A DNA stretch of 64,000 nt from Auanema rhodensis. Taxonomy: Eukaryota > Animalia > Nematoda. The stretch lies in NCBI GenBank assembly GCA_964057225.1, contig OZ059896.1, positions 17,298,001 through 17,362,000 on the forward strand, read 5' to 3'. The notes below the pieces were generated by a model that ran no database searches, had not been told where the DNA came from, and saw nothing but the letters and a program-made list of their open reading frames with translations. Shown here piece by piece: positions 24,399-48,700 of the stretch (positions within the stretch are counted from its first letter, which is position 1; each line of letters opens with the position of its first letter). The position numbers and the translations under genes were made by a program.

Positions 24399-27092
24399 AT
24401 GGGAGAAGAAGTTTCGTTTGCCGCTAAAGAATCCGATGCGTTGATGTCTGAATATGACGAAGGTAGATATGAGGTATGTTTTTTCTTTCTATTTTTCAAT
24501 TGTTTTGCTTTATTAAGAATCAGGATGCAGATGTTGTCCTTGTCTTGAACGATGGCGATCTTCAACTTCAGCATAGAAACCATCATGAGTTACAGAGTCC
24601 TCTGCGCAGTGTTACGGTTAGCAAGTCTTTCAATAGTCTTGGAAAAAATTTATTTATAGGACGTTTTGCGGGAAGCGGAAAATATAATGACAGATGGTCC
24701 TCTTCAAATAGCTACAGGAAAAGAAAAGCAACAGGTTTTGATCGATGAAGTGGATGTAGAATATAGGTGAATATTTGACCCGTGCTTATATGTTTCATCA
24801 CGTAATTTTTTAGCCCTCGAAAGTCATGCCAGCCTATTGAGATCGTTGTTCGTCACAACAAAATTGTTGAACAACCTTATAGCAGCGATGAAGAAGACAA
24901 TGATTCCGCTGCTTTACGCAAGAAAAAGCGGCTTAGTATTTTACGAGAAGGTAATTATCTCATCGTTTTCTTTATATTGATTTTATATGCTGTTGTTTTC
25001 TTGAAGAAAATGCTCTTTTTGTTTTGACTGCAAATTCATGTTAGTATGTCGTTGAGAACGCGTTCGTTATAGGCGAAGAATCATCACCATCTCATCAACC
25101 ATCATGCTCTACTTCAAAATCTCCCCCTTCATGGAAACGAGGCCATCGTCGTGCTTGGAGCATGCCAAATGCCAAGGGAGAAAAAATGACTCTTGCTGTA
25201 ATTCAGGATAACGAGTCAAATGTGAGTTTTATGATGTTTTTATGAAAATTTAAGATTTAAACCAGTCATTCAATAATTTTATTTTTGTTCACTTTATTGC
25301 TCCCTTTTTATACATCAATGCAACCAAACTTCAATTTAGTAATGAGCACAATGAAAGGAAGGGTTATTGAAAAGCTTTTTATCTTCCCATCATAGTTATT
25401 CTAGTTAGGCGAAGCGTCACGTCTGTGAACCCCACTTACATAGTTTTTCATAAACATTCATTTTTCATACTTAATTCTATATTATACGTTATATTTTTTT
25501 AGGAGGCCGGTAACACTAAAAGACGTATAGTTAAATATCGTTTACATCCTCATCGAGCTAATCCAGAAGTTGATGAAAGGTAGTTTTTTCAATATTTCGA
25601 ATTTTTATGTTAATTTCATATTTTTTAGGCTTCAATTAGCTGTTCGCTATCCCAATCCTGACGATGATGATAACGAACTTGAAGTAAGTGCAATTAATTG
25701 GGCTATTTTTTTATTATGCTGCTTGAAGGTTGAAATTAACGAGGAGGAAGTTATTGTTCCTGGAGAAGAAGGCAAAGGTGCACGGACCATTGTTAAAAGA
25801 GTTTGTTAAACGTTTTGTGTTCTCATTAGTTTCTTTCTTTTCAAGTTCTGGGAGGCACGTTGGAAAGCTACCAATTTCGAAAGTTTACCCGATTGGCTTC
25901 AGGATAATGAATACTTGAGGACTGGTAAGAAGGTTAAGCCTATGTTCAGTTTAAGCTTGATGTTTTAGGTCATCGGCCACCTATTCCTTCCTTTAGCAAT
26001 TGTTTCAAAAGTATTTTTGAACTTCATACGGAATCTGGAAATATTTGGACTCATATGTATGGTTGTGTTGCTTTCATTGGAGTAGCCATTTGGGTTTTGA
26101 CTCGAAATGTTGATCAGGTTATAGTAAATACTCTCGTTTTGGGTAACCAGTATTTTATTTTAGGTTCAGTTTATGGAAAAGGTTGTTTTTGCAGCTTTCT
26201 TTATCGGGGCCATCATATGTTTGGGAATGTCCTTTACGTTTCATACTCTTGCTTGTCATTCTGTAGCTGTAGGAAAGCTATTTAGCAAGTATGAGAAAGG
26301 TCGTAACATTTTTCATTACCTGAGCCATTTAGGTTGGATTATACTGGAATAACTCTATTGATTGTTGGCTCTTTTATTCCATGGATATATTATGCTTTCA
26401 ACTGCCGTCCTCAACCAATGATAATTTACATTTTCATGATCACTGTTTTGGGAATTATGGCCATGATTGTCTCACTGTGGGATAAGTTTGCTGCGCCTAT
26501 GTTCCGGTAAGGAGAAATGTGGATAGGAAGTTTTGAATCTTTTCCTCTTTTTCAGTCCTGTGCGAGCTGGTGTGTTTGTCGCTATGGGTTTATCAGCAAT
26601 TGTACCTGCAGCTCATCTTTTGATTGTTGACGGCTTAGATTATATGACGAATAAGGTTCGTTTAGTTACAACATTTGGTTGTGTCCGACGTAAGTTGTTT
26701 ATTTTTCCAGGCCGCTTTGAATTGGATGTTATTGATGGGGGGGATGTATATTGGAGGAGCAGCTATTTACGCTACCCGAGTGCCTGAACGTTGTTTCCCC
26801 GGAAAGTGTGATATTTGGGTTTGTTTCTTCTATATTCTTGGTTTCGGTGCATGATATACCGATCTTTCAGTTCCAATCCCATCAGTTGTTCCACACGTTT
26901 GTTGTAGCCGCTGCTTTCATTCATTTCCACGCCATTACTAAGATGGCTCAACTTAAATTGATGGAGGGTAGTTGTCCTCAACAATTACTTGAGAGATATG
27001 GAGTAGATGCAGTTCCTTCTTGGCTTGGCACACTTTTAGGCTTAGACGAGGACCCTAATACAACAAATTGGACTCCGCAAGACATCTTTTAA
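24399..27092 (+). CDS. paqr-2: Adiponectin-receptor (PAQR) homolog with long N-terminus
   Basis: LPDWLQDNEYLRTGHRPP, HTESGNIWTH, FHTLACHS, SKLDYTGI, RVPERCFPGKCDIWFQSHQLFH. Long cytosolic N-terminus, and adjacency to szy-2 and dhs-9 as for C. elegans paqr-2. Confidence 0.9.
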
Positions 27093-27954
27093 GTTTTGCC
27101 TTACATTATTTCGAATAGAATAACCACTTCTTAAAATTTTATGTTGTACATTATGTCGCTTAATGTTTTATTCTGTTACCTTTAACTTCTCAAATGATCC
27201 TTAATCAACTTAGATTTACTACAACCATCGGGTTTTGTACAGATTCTAATAACTCTTCATGTTGTGATAAGTAGATATCCGTAGGGCTACAGGTAGGACT
27301 ACCATTAACATAGATAATAAACTTTTATAATGTACTTTGCTTAACTTGATGTACTCGTCTTAAACGATGCAATAATATCTGTGTTTTTCTTTTGTCACAA
27401 ATAATCGAAACTTTATTTCATTATTTTCAATTCCCATTTTTCCTTCACACTATTAGTTTATCCCTTCTCACTAGAAGTCATTGATTAAATATTCCAAAAG
27501 TATGTCAAAGCTAGGCTGTTTAAAGGTTTTTCATCAGTTTGTCCATATAACGCATTTTAACTAATCCCAGTTGCTACTCAGTAGTAGTAGAGTAAGTGTC
27601 CCAGCTTTTACGTGCTATGCACATTGTTAGAGTCATAAGATTTTCTTATTCTTTTCTAAGCAATTCTGCGTCTCTCTCCTTCGCATTGTCGTTCTCGTGG
27701 CTTCTTTTTGGCCAGCGCTTATCGGGAAAATAGTATTTTCCCTCTGCTTCGCGTATGCTACTGCTGTTGTGTTCATTCTTTTGTGGTTGGGAGATCACTC
27801 AAAATAATTCAGGCCTTGCTCTTTAGTGATAATTGGATCTTTTTTCTACTATTTTGTTGTAATTTGCATTTGTCTCTATTCATTCTCTTGTTACTGCATA
27901 TTTTTCTTAAATTTTTCTGTAATGTTTCACATATTTAGTTATTTTTTGGTAAAT

Positions 27955-28792
27955 ATGGCTGACGCTGAAGAAATGTTGGTTGATGAAGGATTGGTCAATG
28001 CTGACGGCAAAATTCATCTTGATCAAGACCCAACCGAGTTCCTGAAAAGGAAGCCAAAGAAGAGCATTTTGAAGATGAAGCAAGTATGTCAATGTTCACC
28101 GATCGTGGATTATTTTTATGTCTTTACTCTCAGGATGTATCACAAGATGGGAAAGAACCGAGAGCCAGATTTGATGAAATGAATATTTTAGCTACATATC
28201 ATCCCGCTGATAAAGACTATGGAACTATGAAGGCAAGTATTTTCTTGTTAATGTTTTTTTGGTGAGCCAAAACGTCACTCTTGTGCATAGTTGTCAATGA
28301 GAATACTCCATATATGTTACTGATCTGATAATGTTTAGATCGATGAACCCAAAACTCCCTATCATTATTCTGACGGAGAAAGTGGAGATGAAGTATTTTA
28401 TCATTTGTGTGTTAGTTCGTAGTGTTTGTATTTTTAGACTTCCCTAGCATCTAATAGACCAAGACGTGTTTCTCTAGGAACTGCTGTTGATCCTGAACAG
28501 GCAATATTCCTTATTGTCATGTTTTTACTCAATAGAATTGTTTATTTAAGGTTTTGCATGGTCTTTCTACAGCAGCCACCACCAAACACATCTCCTCTGA
28601 TGATTCAGAAGAGGACGAAGAGCATATGACCGAAGAAGAGAAAGGTCTTTATCTTTTTACTTACTTCCTCCTCATGCACTATTCTTTACAGAACGTAAAA
28701 AGGCTTTTGAAAAGAAGAGAAAGGCACACTATAACGAGGGAGCTGCTCTGAAACATCATGCCGATCTTCCCGACGAAGAAGAAATGGAGTGA
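27955..28792 (+). CDS. szy-2: Protein phosphatase 1 inhibitor-2
   Basis: KSILK (SILK motif), [41 protein letters not shown]. Two GC-AG introns. Confidence 0.93.
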
Positions 28793-29266
28793 ATAAACCT
28801 CTAAACTTTTTTTTGACCAAACGTTTTTCTTGACTTTTTTCTCAGTATTTCCCGCTTGTATTTCTTGACGGTAGTTCAACAATGTTTGCTTACGAATTTC
28901 ACTTTATCTCATTGCTTAGTCGATATATATATATATATTGTACCAAAGATAACTTATTTTTTGCGGAAAGAGATCTCTCTTTGCAGTGCTTGTACTGATA
29001 ATACTCTAATCCTTGTAGATGTATTCCTGTTGATTTGTGAGTCCGCGTGTTCAGTTTATGTGTACGTTTTGAAATGAAGGGTCCTTTGTCCTTATAATTA
29101 TATTTGAACGGTACATAAAAGATAAATTCAAATTCGGTTTTTTTAAATGGGTTTGAATGCCCCGATTGTTTTTCAATACTCATTTCACGAAAAATCACCT
29201 GAATCACATTACTAATATTTTATTTCTCATTTTCGCATTTTATTATAGTGGATCGAGACTTTCTTA

Positions 29267-30677
29267 ATGGCGCTTGCTGGCCAAATTGCTGTTGTCACTG
29301 GGGCCTCTAGAGGCATTGGTAAGTTAATAAATTGGAGAGAGTCGAATTGAAATGTTAAACCAGTGTATAAATTAGTTGAACCACTTTTAAATAGACTCCC
29401 GTTTTACTTTTATTAAAGTGTTACATGTCATGATACACTTTTAATCAGGACGAGGTGTCGCTCTTCAACTAGGAGAGGCAGGAGCAGTGGTCTATGTGAC
29501 AGGCAGAAGACCAACAGAAAGCGATGCTTCTAAAGATTCAACATTACCTCAATTAGAACAAGTTGCCAAAGGTATATTACATATTTTTTAACAATATAAA
29601 CTGCTTAATTCGAAGAAATAACCGCTAGAGGCGGACGGGGAATTACTTATTATTGCGACCATGGTAATATGGATGAAGTCAAAGCCTTGTTTAATCACAT
29701 TGAGAAAACTCATAATGGCAGATTGGATATTCTAGTTAACAATGCATATGCTGCGGTGCAGGTTTAATTTAATTCAAATGCTATTATTATTATAATCATA
29801 ACTATAGACCATCAGCAAGAACATGAACAAAAAATTTTTTGAATGTCCTCCAGAGATGTGGGATGAAGTGAACAATGTTGGATTGCGGTTAATATTGTTT
29901 TCGAAAACGAACATAGTTCAAACATATTTTATTTTAGGAACAACTACTATTGCTCTGTTTATGGGGCTAGACTTATGCATAGAAATGGATATGGACTCAT
30001 AGTTAACGTAAGCTCTCCAGGTGGATTAAGGTATACTACATCTACAGAAACAAATTTAAAAATATTAAATTAGATACTTATTCAACGTGCCTTATGGAGT
30101 TGGTAAGCAAGCATTGGACAGACTCTCTGCCGATATGGCTTTTGAACTACGCGTATGTATTATTTAGCAATGAGTTGTAACAAAGCATTCGTTATAGCGA
30201 AGCAATGTTTGTGTTGTTTCTTTGTGGCCTGGTGCGGTGCGTACAGAGTTGATTGAAAAGTATTTTCTAAATACACCAAATACCCATGACAGAGAAAAAT
30301 CTCCGGTATCTAATGAAATTGCTCTGTTTTTACCTGTTTGTTTTATTAGACTGCTGAAGTATTCAGCAATGGAGAAACTGTGGAGTATCCAGGAAAAGCA
30401 ATTGTTGCGCTAGCTAAAGACCCCAGAAAAATGGAAAAATCGGGGCGAACACTGATAACAGCTGATCTAGGGGCGGAATACGGTTTCCTAGATGTTGATG
30501 GTTGAAATGTTTGTTTTTCCTTGAATAATTTCAATCTTTATAGGTAGAGATCCGCCAAATATACGCAGCTTATCGAGCGTCTTAACTCAGCTGGGATATA
30601 AGCAGACTGCTGCTTGGGTACCGGAATGGATAAAGCTCCCAGGATGGATGCTATGGGCACACACTAGTAGATTGTAA
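29267..30677 (+). CDS. dhs-9: Short-chain dehydrogenase (DHRS1-like)
   Basis: VTGASRGIGRGVALQLGEAGA, LDILVNNAY, YLFNVPYGVGK (YxxxK), SLWPGAVRTE. Ends ...HTSRL*. Confidence 0.9.
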
Positions 30678-31124
30678 TTTGATAATTTTCCAAACATATC
30701 ATGAACAGATGTCATTATCACTGAGCCTTGTCAGATGCACTTAATTCAAATTTCTATTAACAGATAATGCAATGAGTTTAGAATTGGATCAAAACCAGCA
30801 AATAAAGATTATGTAGAGAATAAAGGTTTTGATTGGTCAATATATCAAATTTTAATTGAAAATAAGAAAGTGCAAGGCCATAAAATGAGATTCTTTACAA
30901 CGAAGAACAATAACATGAATAATTGGAAATATTTTTAACAAATTTGGCAAATTATACTCATAATTTCTTATCTAATTGTTTTTAACATGATTATCATTAT
31001 ATTTTGCTGTTGTAAGGTTTGATCTTTAAAAAGTACTGACGTATTTTTCTATTTGTATAAGATGAAACACTTGTCATGTGACTGTGTACCTACCAAGTTT
31101 TGGAAAATACACTGCTCTATTGCT

Positions 31125-31156
31125 AATTCGAATTTCGCGGGTTCGAAATTCGAATT
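31125..31156. promoter_or_regulatory. Perfect 13-bp inverted repeat containing E2F-like TTTCGCGG and TTCGAA motifs (candidate DREAM site) upstream of lem-2
   Basis: aattcgaatttcg-cgggtt-cgaaattcgaatt, ~90 nt upstream of the lem-2 ATG. The palindrome is seen directly; the function is inferred. Confidence 0.4.
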
Positions 31157-31240
31157 GGGAGTTATCCTTCTCAACGAATTTATCCTTGTGTAGAATAACA
31201 TTTTGTCTTATGTATAGGTTGTGTGTTAATGATTAACTAA

Positions 31241-42458
<11,218 letters not shown>

Positions 42459-42702
42459 ACTAAACATCTTCCAGCTATTATTGTTTGTATTCGTTTCAAC
42501 GTGTTAATACTAACTATTCGCCTTTTCATCCCATAAGCTAGCTAGAAGTTCTTTCTTCTATCTCCTCTTATCTCATTTTGTCCTGCCCAGACTTGAATTC
42601 TAGCTATTGCCTGCGCTCGGCTTCCCCGCCTCCTCCTACCCTTCGGCCAAGCCTCACCTCCTTATTCAGATCTTCTAGCTACCCGTGCTTACTAAGTTTG
42701 GC

Positions 42703-45700
42703 ATGGAGAACGGAAGTGACTTCTCACCTAGCTCTTCACATCCAGCGACATTTTATGAATCTCCTATGTGCACTGTACTCAATACATCATGCGATTGTCA
42801 CTTTGAATATCAATTTTATGAGTACCCAGAAAGGATTCTTCTCGGGCTCGTAGCTCTTCCAATTATTATGTTCGGCCTTTGTGCCAATCTAACAAGCGTC
42901 CGCATATTCACTCATCGCTTAATGTCCAGTTCCTCTATTAACTGGTATTTAGCCGTTCTATCGGCTTCTGATACTTTTATTCTGGTGTCAGCCTTTTTCG
43001 TATTGTCAATGCCTAGACTAGGAGAATTCCTGTCACTCTGGAAATTCAATTATATCAGGTAGGTATTTTTTCTCTCCATTGTTACACATTGTATTTTATA
43101 TTTATTATTTTTTGTAAAATCTACCGAGTTCAATTCAAATTGTCGTTTCCCATTATAACCATTTTGCATTCGCTCTCTTTCTCTCATTCTCTTCTTTTCT
43201 CCCCCTCTCTCTCTTAATTTTCGTTTTGCTTCTTTCTTCAAATTCGATAGATTATTCGTGCTTATTAGCTAGAGAATACGTGTTTGCTTCAAGATTTATT
43301 TAATCTTTGAGAATATAAGTTCGGCATGCGCTTTGAGATCATTCTCGTCAATTTTATTGAACTCTGATTTTGAGCTATTTTCGAGCTTGTTTCAAGCTAA
43401 TACAATGATAGCGTTTTAGAATCTAGTGTTTCTTCGCATCATTAAGCGATTTTCTAAAGTTTTTTGGCGATAACTCTTTTTTTCCCGTTTGATAGCAAAA
43501 GTTTTTCGTAATGTTGTTACCTAAACATCTGCTGTAGTGTCTATGATTTTGTTTCTAACCGTCTTGTTTTGAGGGTTAACAGCTTGTAATCTTATTCCAT
43601 CAGCATCATGTCTTTTTGTTATCTTGTTTCCCCTTTTCTTTGCTTTTGCTCCTGGTACTTCTACGACTTCTCTACTTTCCATATCATCTGTTCGTCATGC
43701 AATGAATTCCAACTCATATAATAAAAAAAAATCCTTTGTTTCTTGAAACAACGACAGAAAAATCATTGTTTCTGTGTCACCGCGTGCAAGTTATGAAAAC
43801 GAAAATACATTCAATTCCAATGACCGAAGAATTTATATTTGAGCTTACAACAGATTGGCAAATCAAAGAAAATTGCCAGATTTGGAAGGAAATATGGGGA
43901 GATAGGAAACATTTGTTAAAGACGGGCTATGATGTCCACCGTTGGAGCATGTGCTCTCAAAAATATTCCTCTTAACTGAAGCTTAGCGGTTTGTGATCAT
44001 CAGTGAGCAAGCTCATAATCGTTTCGAACAGTCTGCAAACTATATGAGAAAATCTCCTGTCTTCTACTATCTAAACGTCCAGCTTTCATACCCTTTGTGC
44101 TTTATGTGTGCTTGTCGACTGCGTGTCCGTTTTTCGACATATATGAACATGTTTTGTTTTTTTCGTTGAATAATGGATTGTTGTCGGAGCTGAGAGGAAA
44201 CTGTTCCAAAGGGATAATTAGACAGGAAAGATAGACAGAGAGTTCGGAGAGAGGGAGAGATAGATGCTTGAAACAGCTGAAATTGAATATCTGTGGTTGG
44301 TGTACATGTGGTGTCATCTATGGCTGTGGTGCCGTTCATCGTCATCGTCATCATTATCATCAGGGTTGTTGGCGTCAACGTTGATGTTTAGAAACAACGA
44401 TTTGAATTGCCGATGGCGATATGGCTAAACATAGAAAAGTGAGATAGAGAGGTCTTATATACAAAATAATGCTAAAAGAGACTGTTCCTCCAGTTTCAGC
44501 TACTTTGATAACAGCTTACAGCTTAGAAATGAATGATTTAAACAAATTTGAAAAGCCTAGTTTGAAGTATGTTTTCATGTTCGATTGATTGAGCTCAAAC
44601 ACCAAGCAATGTATTAGATTGTTCTTCTTATTTTGCTTTCAATTTCCGTCACTTTTTTGGATGCGGAAGGGAACTGCTGACTTGCACAGATAACACACTA
44701 GATGTTGCTTTTCTTGGAACAGCGAAACGAGTTGTTCTGTCCCCATGTGACTAGGTTTGAACTGAGCCTAACGCTTAAGTTTTGGTTCTGATTTGTAAAA
44801 TTGTCTGCGATATATGATAGATGTGTCCTGCCAACAACGACAGCGATAGATGAAGCTATGACGATAGCTCCAGATAGCACCAAAGATCTATTTTGTACGA
44901 ACTACTGTGTGACGCCCCCGGATTCTAATATATTCCCATATTGTCATCACATATCTGATGAGAACTCAGAATGTTTGTATAATTTTCGATTCTGAAACTA
45001 TGACTGCCGTACTGTCAACGTCTTGTTTTGCATGTGTTTTGAGATTGAAATAAAGTTTGTGAATCTTGAACAATGAACGATAAGTGTGGTGATGGCAGAT
45101 ACAAGTGCAAGCCATCCTCCCTTGGTGCCTTTTCTGGTTTATCATGCATCTGCGTTTATTGGTCTGTTCATAGTTCACTCATTTGCTCATATGCTCTAGT
45201 TAACGGAGTTTCAAATGCCATCTGAAGTATTTCGATCTTTCAAATTCTGTTACCATGTGATACACCTTGTTTCCATTGGAATCGTTTTCTTTCGTTGATG
45301 TCAGTTGTTTCCCAGTTATTCTCAAAATCGTGTATTCGTCATGTTTCTGCGTCGGAAAAGCTGTTCAGCTTGAAAACACGGTGTGTTACAAGGGGTATAG
45401 TTAATCCGAAGTAAAGAACAAGGATAAGTTAACCAAAAGACTAGCTGTGTGATGAAGGAAAAAAAGTATTAAAAGAAAAAGGAGGAGAAGAAGGACTTTC
45501 CTTGTAAATCGTTGAGAACGGCTGGTGTTGAAAACAGTTGTTGGGGACAATATAACTTCTTTGCTTACACAAACAGTTTATCAATCTTATACTTTGCTTG
45601 ATTTAAGCTTTTGACTTTCCGCTTTATGCACACTACTTTCTGAATTGCAAATGATCACAAGTCACTGATTCTAAAAGCTTTGAAGCTATATGGGACATAT

Positions 45701-48700
45701 GTTCAGAAATAGATCAGGCAAATGGTAATCAGACGTAGTGCTTCCTCTAGCTTCTCCTCCTCAGTTTGGTGTTCTTATGCTTCTTGCCTAACTGGCTCAA
45801 TGCCGGAAGCATGAATGGCATCGTGGTCGTTGCCTTCATCCTCAACGATGATGAAGACGTCCTAGCCGGCTTAGTCTCTAGCCGGCTTTAGGTCCTGGGG
45901 ACAAAAGGAAACGAGCACGATGATGTTGCATGTCGGAGGTTGTGTTGGGAAATAAAAAATGAGAGAAGATTGCTGAGGTGTAGTGAGATGAAGAATGCGG
46001 AGGGAATAGACAGAAGAAGAAGCAACGTTATGTCTATTTCGGTTAAATCCTTTCTTATGTCGTTCTATGGTTGTATCATCAGAGGCAAGAACTCAAAAGC
46101 GAAAGAAAACAAGTTCATTATGCTATGTCTTTCTCTTTCTATATACCACTGTCTCATATATGTAGTCTTTGGTATCATTATAAAGGAAGAATGAGAGAAA
46201 TGGATGAATTTTTTTTCATTTGAATGAGATCTGTACATCTTCTCACTACCATGCTCTTTTTCATATATTCACTTTTTTTGAATAGAAAGTAAGAAAGGCG
46301 GAAAAGTAAGGAAAACTATAGAGAGAAGCACAGAGGGACATGTAAACATGTTCGTGAGATATAATGAAAGGGAGAGAAATACTTGTGCAGATGCAAAAGT
46401 AGAAGCCGGAACAAAGATGCCATATATGCTTGTATACACGTGTCTCTATGTGTAAATTTCGGTTTCAAACGGCTAATTCGACTATGAGCATGATGAACAG
46501 AAAGTTGTTAGTTTTGTATTTAATGAAACATAAAATAGAAAAATGGCTTTTGCAACACGATAGCTCAAATTAAACCAAAATGTCGCGAAAACGGAGGGAT
46601 GAAGTGTTTGAAAGTTGGTTAATCACCATTGTTTGTTTCTCTATTTTGGACATGCTGGACAACCTGACGGCTTCAGCTTTTTTGGTTTGTAGTTATATTA
46701 TTCTCTTTCTCTCTCTCTCCCTCTCTCTCTCTTTCTCTTTTGTCTTTTAAATTTATTTCTATTCCAATAGTATACAGAATTATATTTGTTCTGAAGCGAA
46801 GACAAAAGGTTTTAATGTTGTTGTTTTCGTTTGAATAAGTTGGAACAAAATGCTTGACTACAAGGGAAAGACACTGACTGAGATGAAAGCTAACAGGCGA
46901 GGGAGAAGAAAACGTTAGAAAATGATTGGAGCAATGTTGCAAAAAAAAAATTTTCTTTTGCTTTGAGCTTGATGTTTCAAACATTGCTTAGAGCTACACA
47001 TATGTTGATCTAATGAGAGTTCGAATCATCAACGATTCAAAGTAATAATTGTTGCCTATTTGCCTAACTCCTTTTTCCTAATATAGAAAGCATAATTCTG
47101 TTTTATTTTGAAAAAAAAAAACGTTTTCATTGAAGCTGTAATAATAGTTTGGGAAAGGCGTATGTAAACAAGCTTATTATCCTTCTCAATGCCGCTCATC
47201 AAAATACTCGAACCGAGGAAAAGAGTATGGGAGGTACCCTAAAATAATGAGAGGGAACGAAACTTATTGACTAGACAAGCATCATAGAGAGAAAGAGAAA
47301 TGTATAAATGGAGAAAAAGTATACAAAGGTATGTATCTTATCAACATTATCCTGAATCTGAAAAGCAATAATTCGAATGTAGAAACAAAAATTAACAAAA
47401 TGACATAAAGCACTTGAAATCCCTTCCAATATCTCTTCCTTTATCTCTTTCTTTCCCCATCTCCCTCTCTCTTGGAAGCGACATATTTGAACAATTTGAA
47501 CATTTACAAGTGCTTATGCAACTGAAAATACTTCATAACATATGAAAATTAATCAAATTCACTTAGTAATAAACACTTCAATTCACTTTGATTCTGTTGA
47601 TGTATTGCTTATTTCAGCTACTCAGTGGCTCCTTATTTCTATGGACTGATGATGACTGCTCAAACTATCAGGTTTGTTTCTTTAATTATTATATTAATGG
47701 TTTATATATTTTTTTTTGTATTTTTTCTTACCTCATTTATTCTCTTTCTCTCTCTCTCTTTCTCTCTCGCTCTCTCTATTTCTTGTTGTTAGTATCAATC
47801 TCTTAATATTCTCATATCTTTCCTTTTCTTTAAACTTGCTTCAATATTCTCATAACCCTTTTCAATAAGTTTTATGATTTTCCTATACTTTTTTATGATC
47901 TCAACGATCTAATCTGTCACTTAATTCCATCAAACAAAAACGTTGTCTTTCTCTTTTCTTCATTCTCTCTTTCCGTTTGTTGAGGGTTTCTTCCAAATAA
48001 ACGGAAAAATTAACTTAACCCAACTACCGGCCGGAGATGAGAAGAAGGCGAAGCCGGCAATTCTACATAAGAGCTCTTCAAAACTTTTTTTTCTGATTTT
48101 TCTGAAGTTGGTGTATGTATGCCAGACTATTTTGGGAAATCTTTGAATTTGCAACGAATTACAATCTCGAAGATAAGATAGTACTTAGTATGATCTGCAC
48201 ATGCTTCCTTTAGATATTTAGTTTCATAATTTCTAAGAATCTGTCATACATCTTCAGATTTTCTGAAATTTAGTTAAGGCAATTAGAAGCCAATTGTCTA
48301 TATTCTCTGTATCTCTTGCTCGGTTTCTAATGAAGTCGATGTAGGTGAGGAGAGAACAGCGCTCTCATCTGTTGGGGATTCTTTGACTTTTTTTCGCAAA
48401 AACGTTTCAAAGAAATGTTTGAAAAGTTTTTTGTCTTTACCATCTGCCGACACTTAATTATGAAAGAAAAAACATCAAAAAGATATTTTGTTTCAAATGA
48501 TATATCTGCTGAATGAATGAATTGAAACACAAAGATTTTTGATTTCTAACAGCTTTTGGAAATTTTTAGAAGTGAGCCCTGTGGGGTTCCTTCACCTGTT
48601 TGACGCTTGTTCCATTATAATTTCAATCGAATCAGATTTAAGCTGAAAAGTTTTTGGCATTTGATTTGTGTAGGGACCTGTGACGTTGTATTGCATAGAA

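Noticed and set aside
42459-42702. LEM-2/GPCR fusion protein by alternative splicing or stop read-through
   Set aside because: From the phase-1 donor at 33611, the acceptors at 42590, 42669 and 42678 give stops or the wrong frame. The GPCR frame has a TAG at 42676-42678 just upstream.
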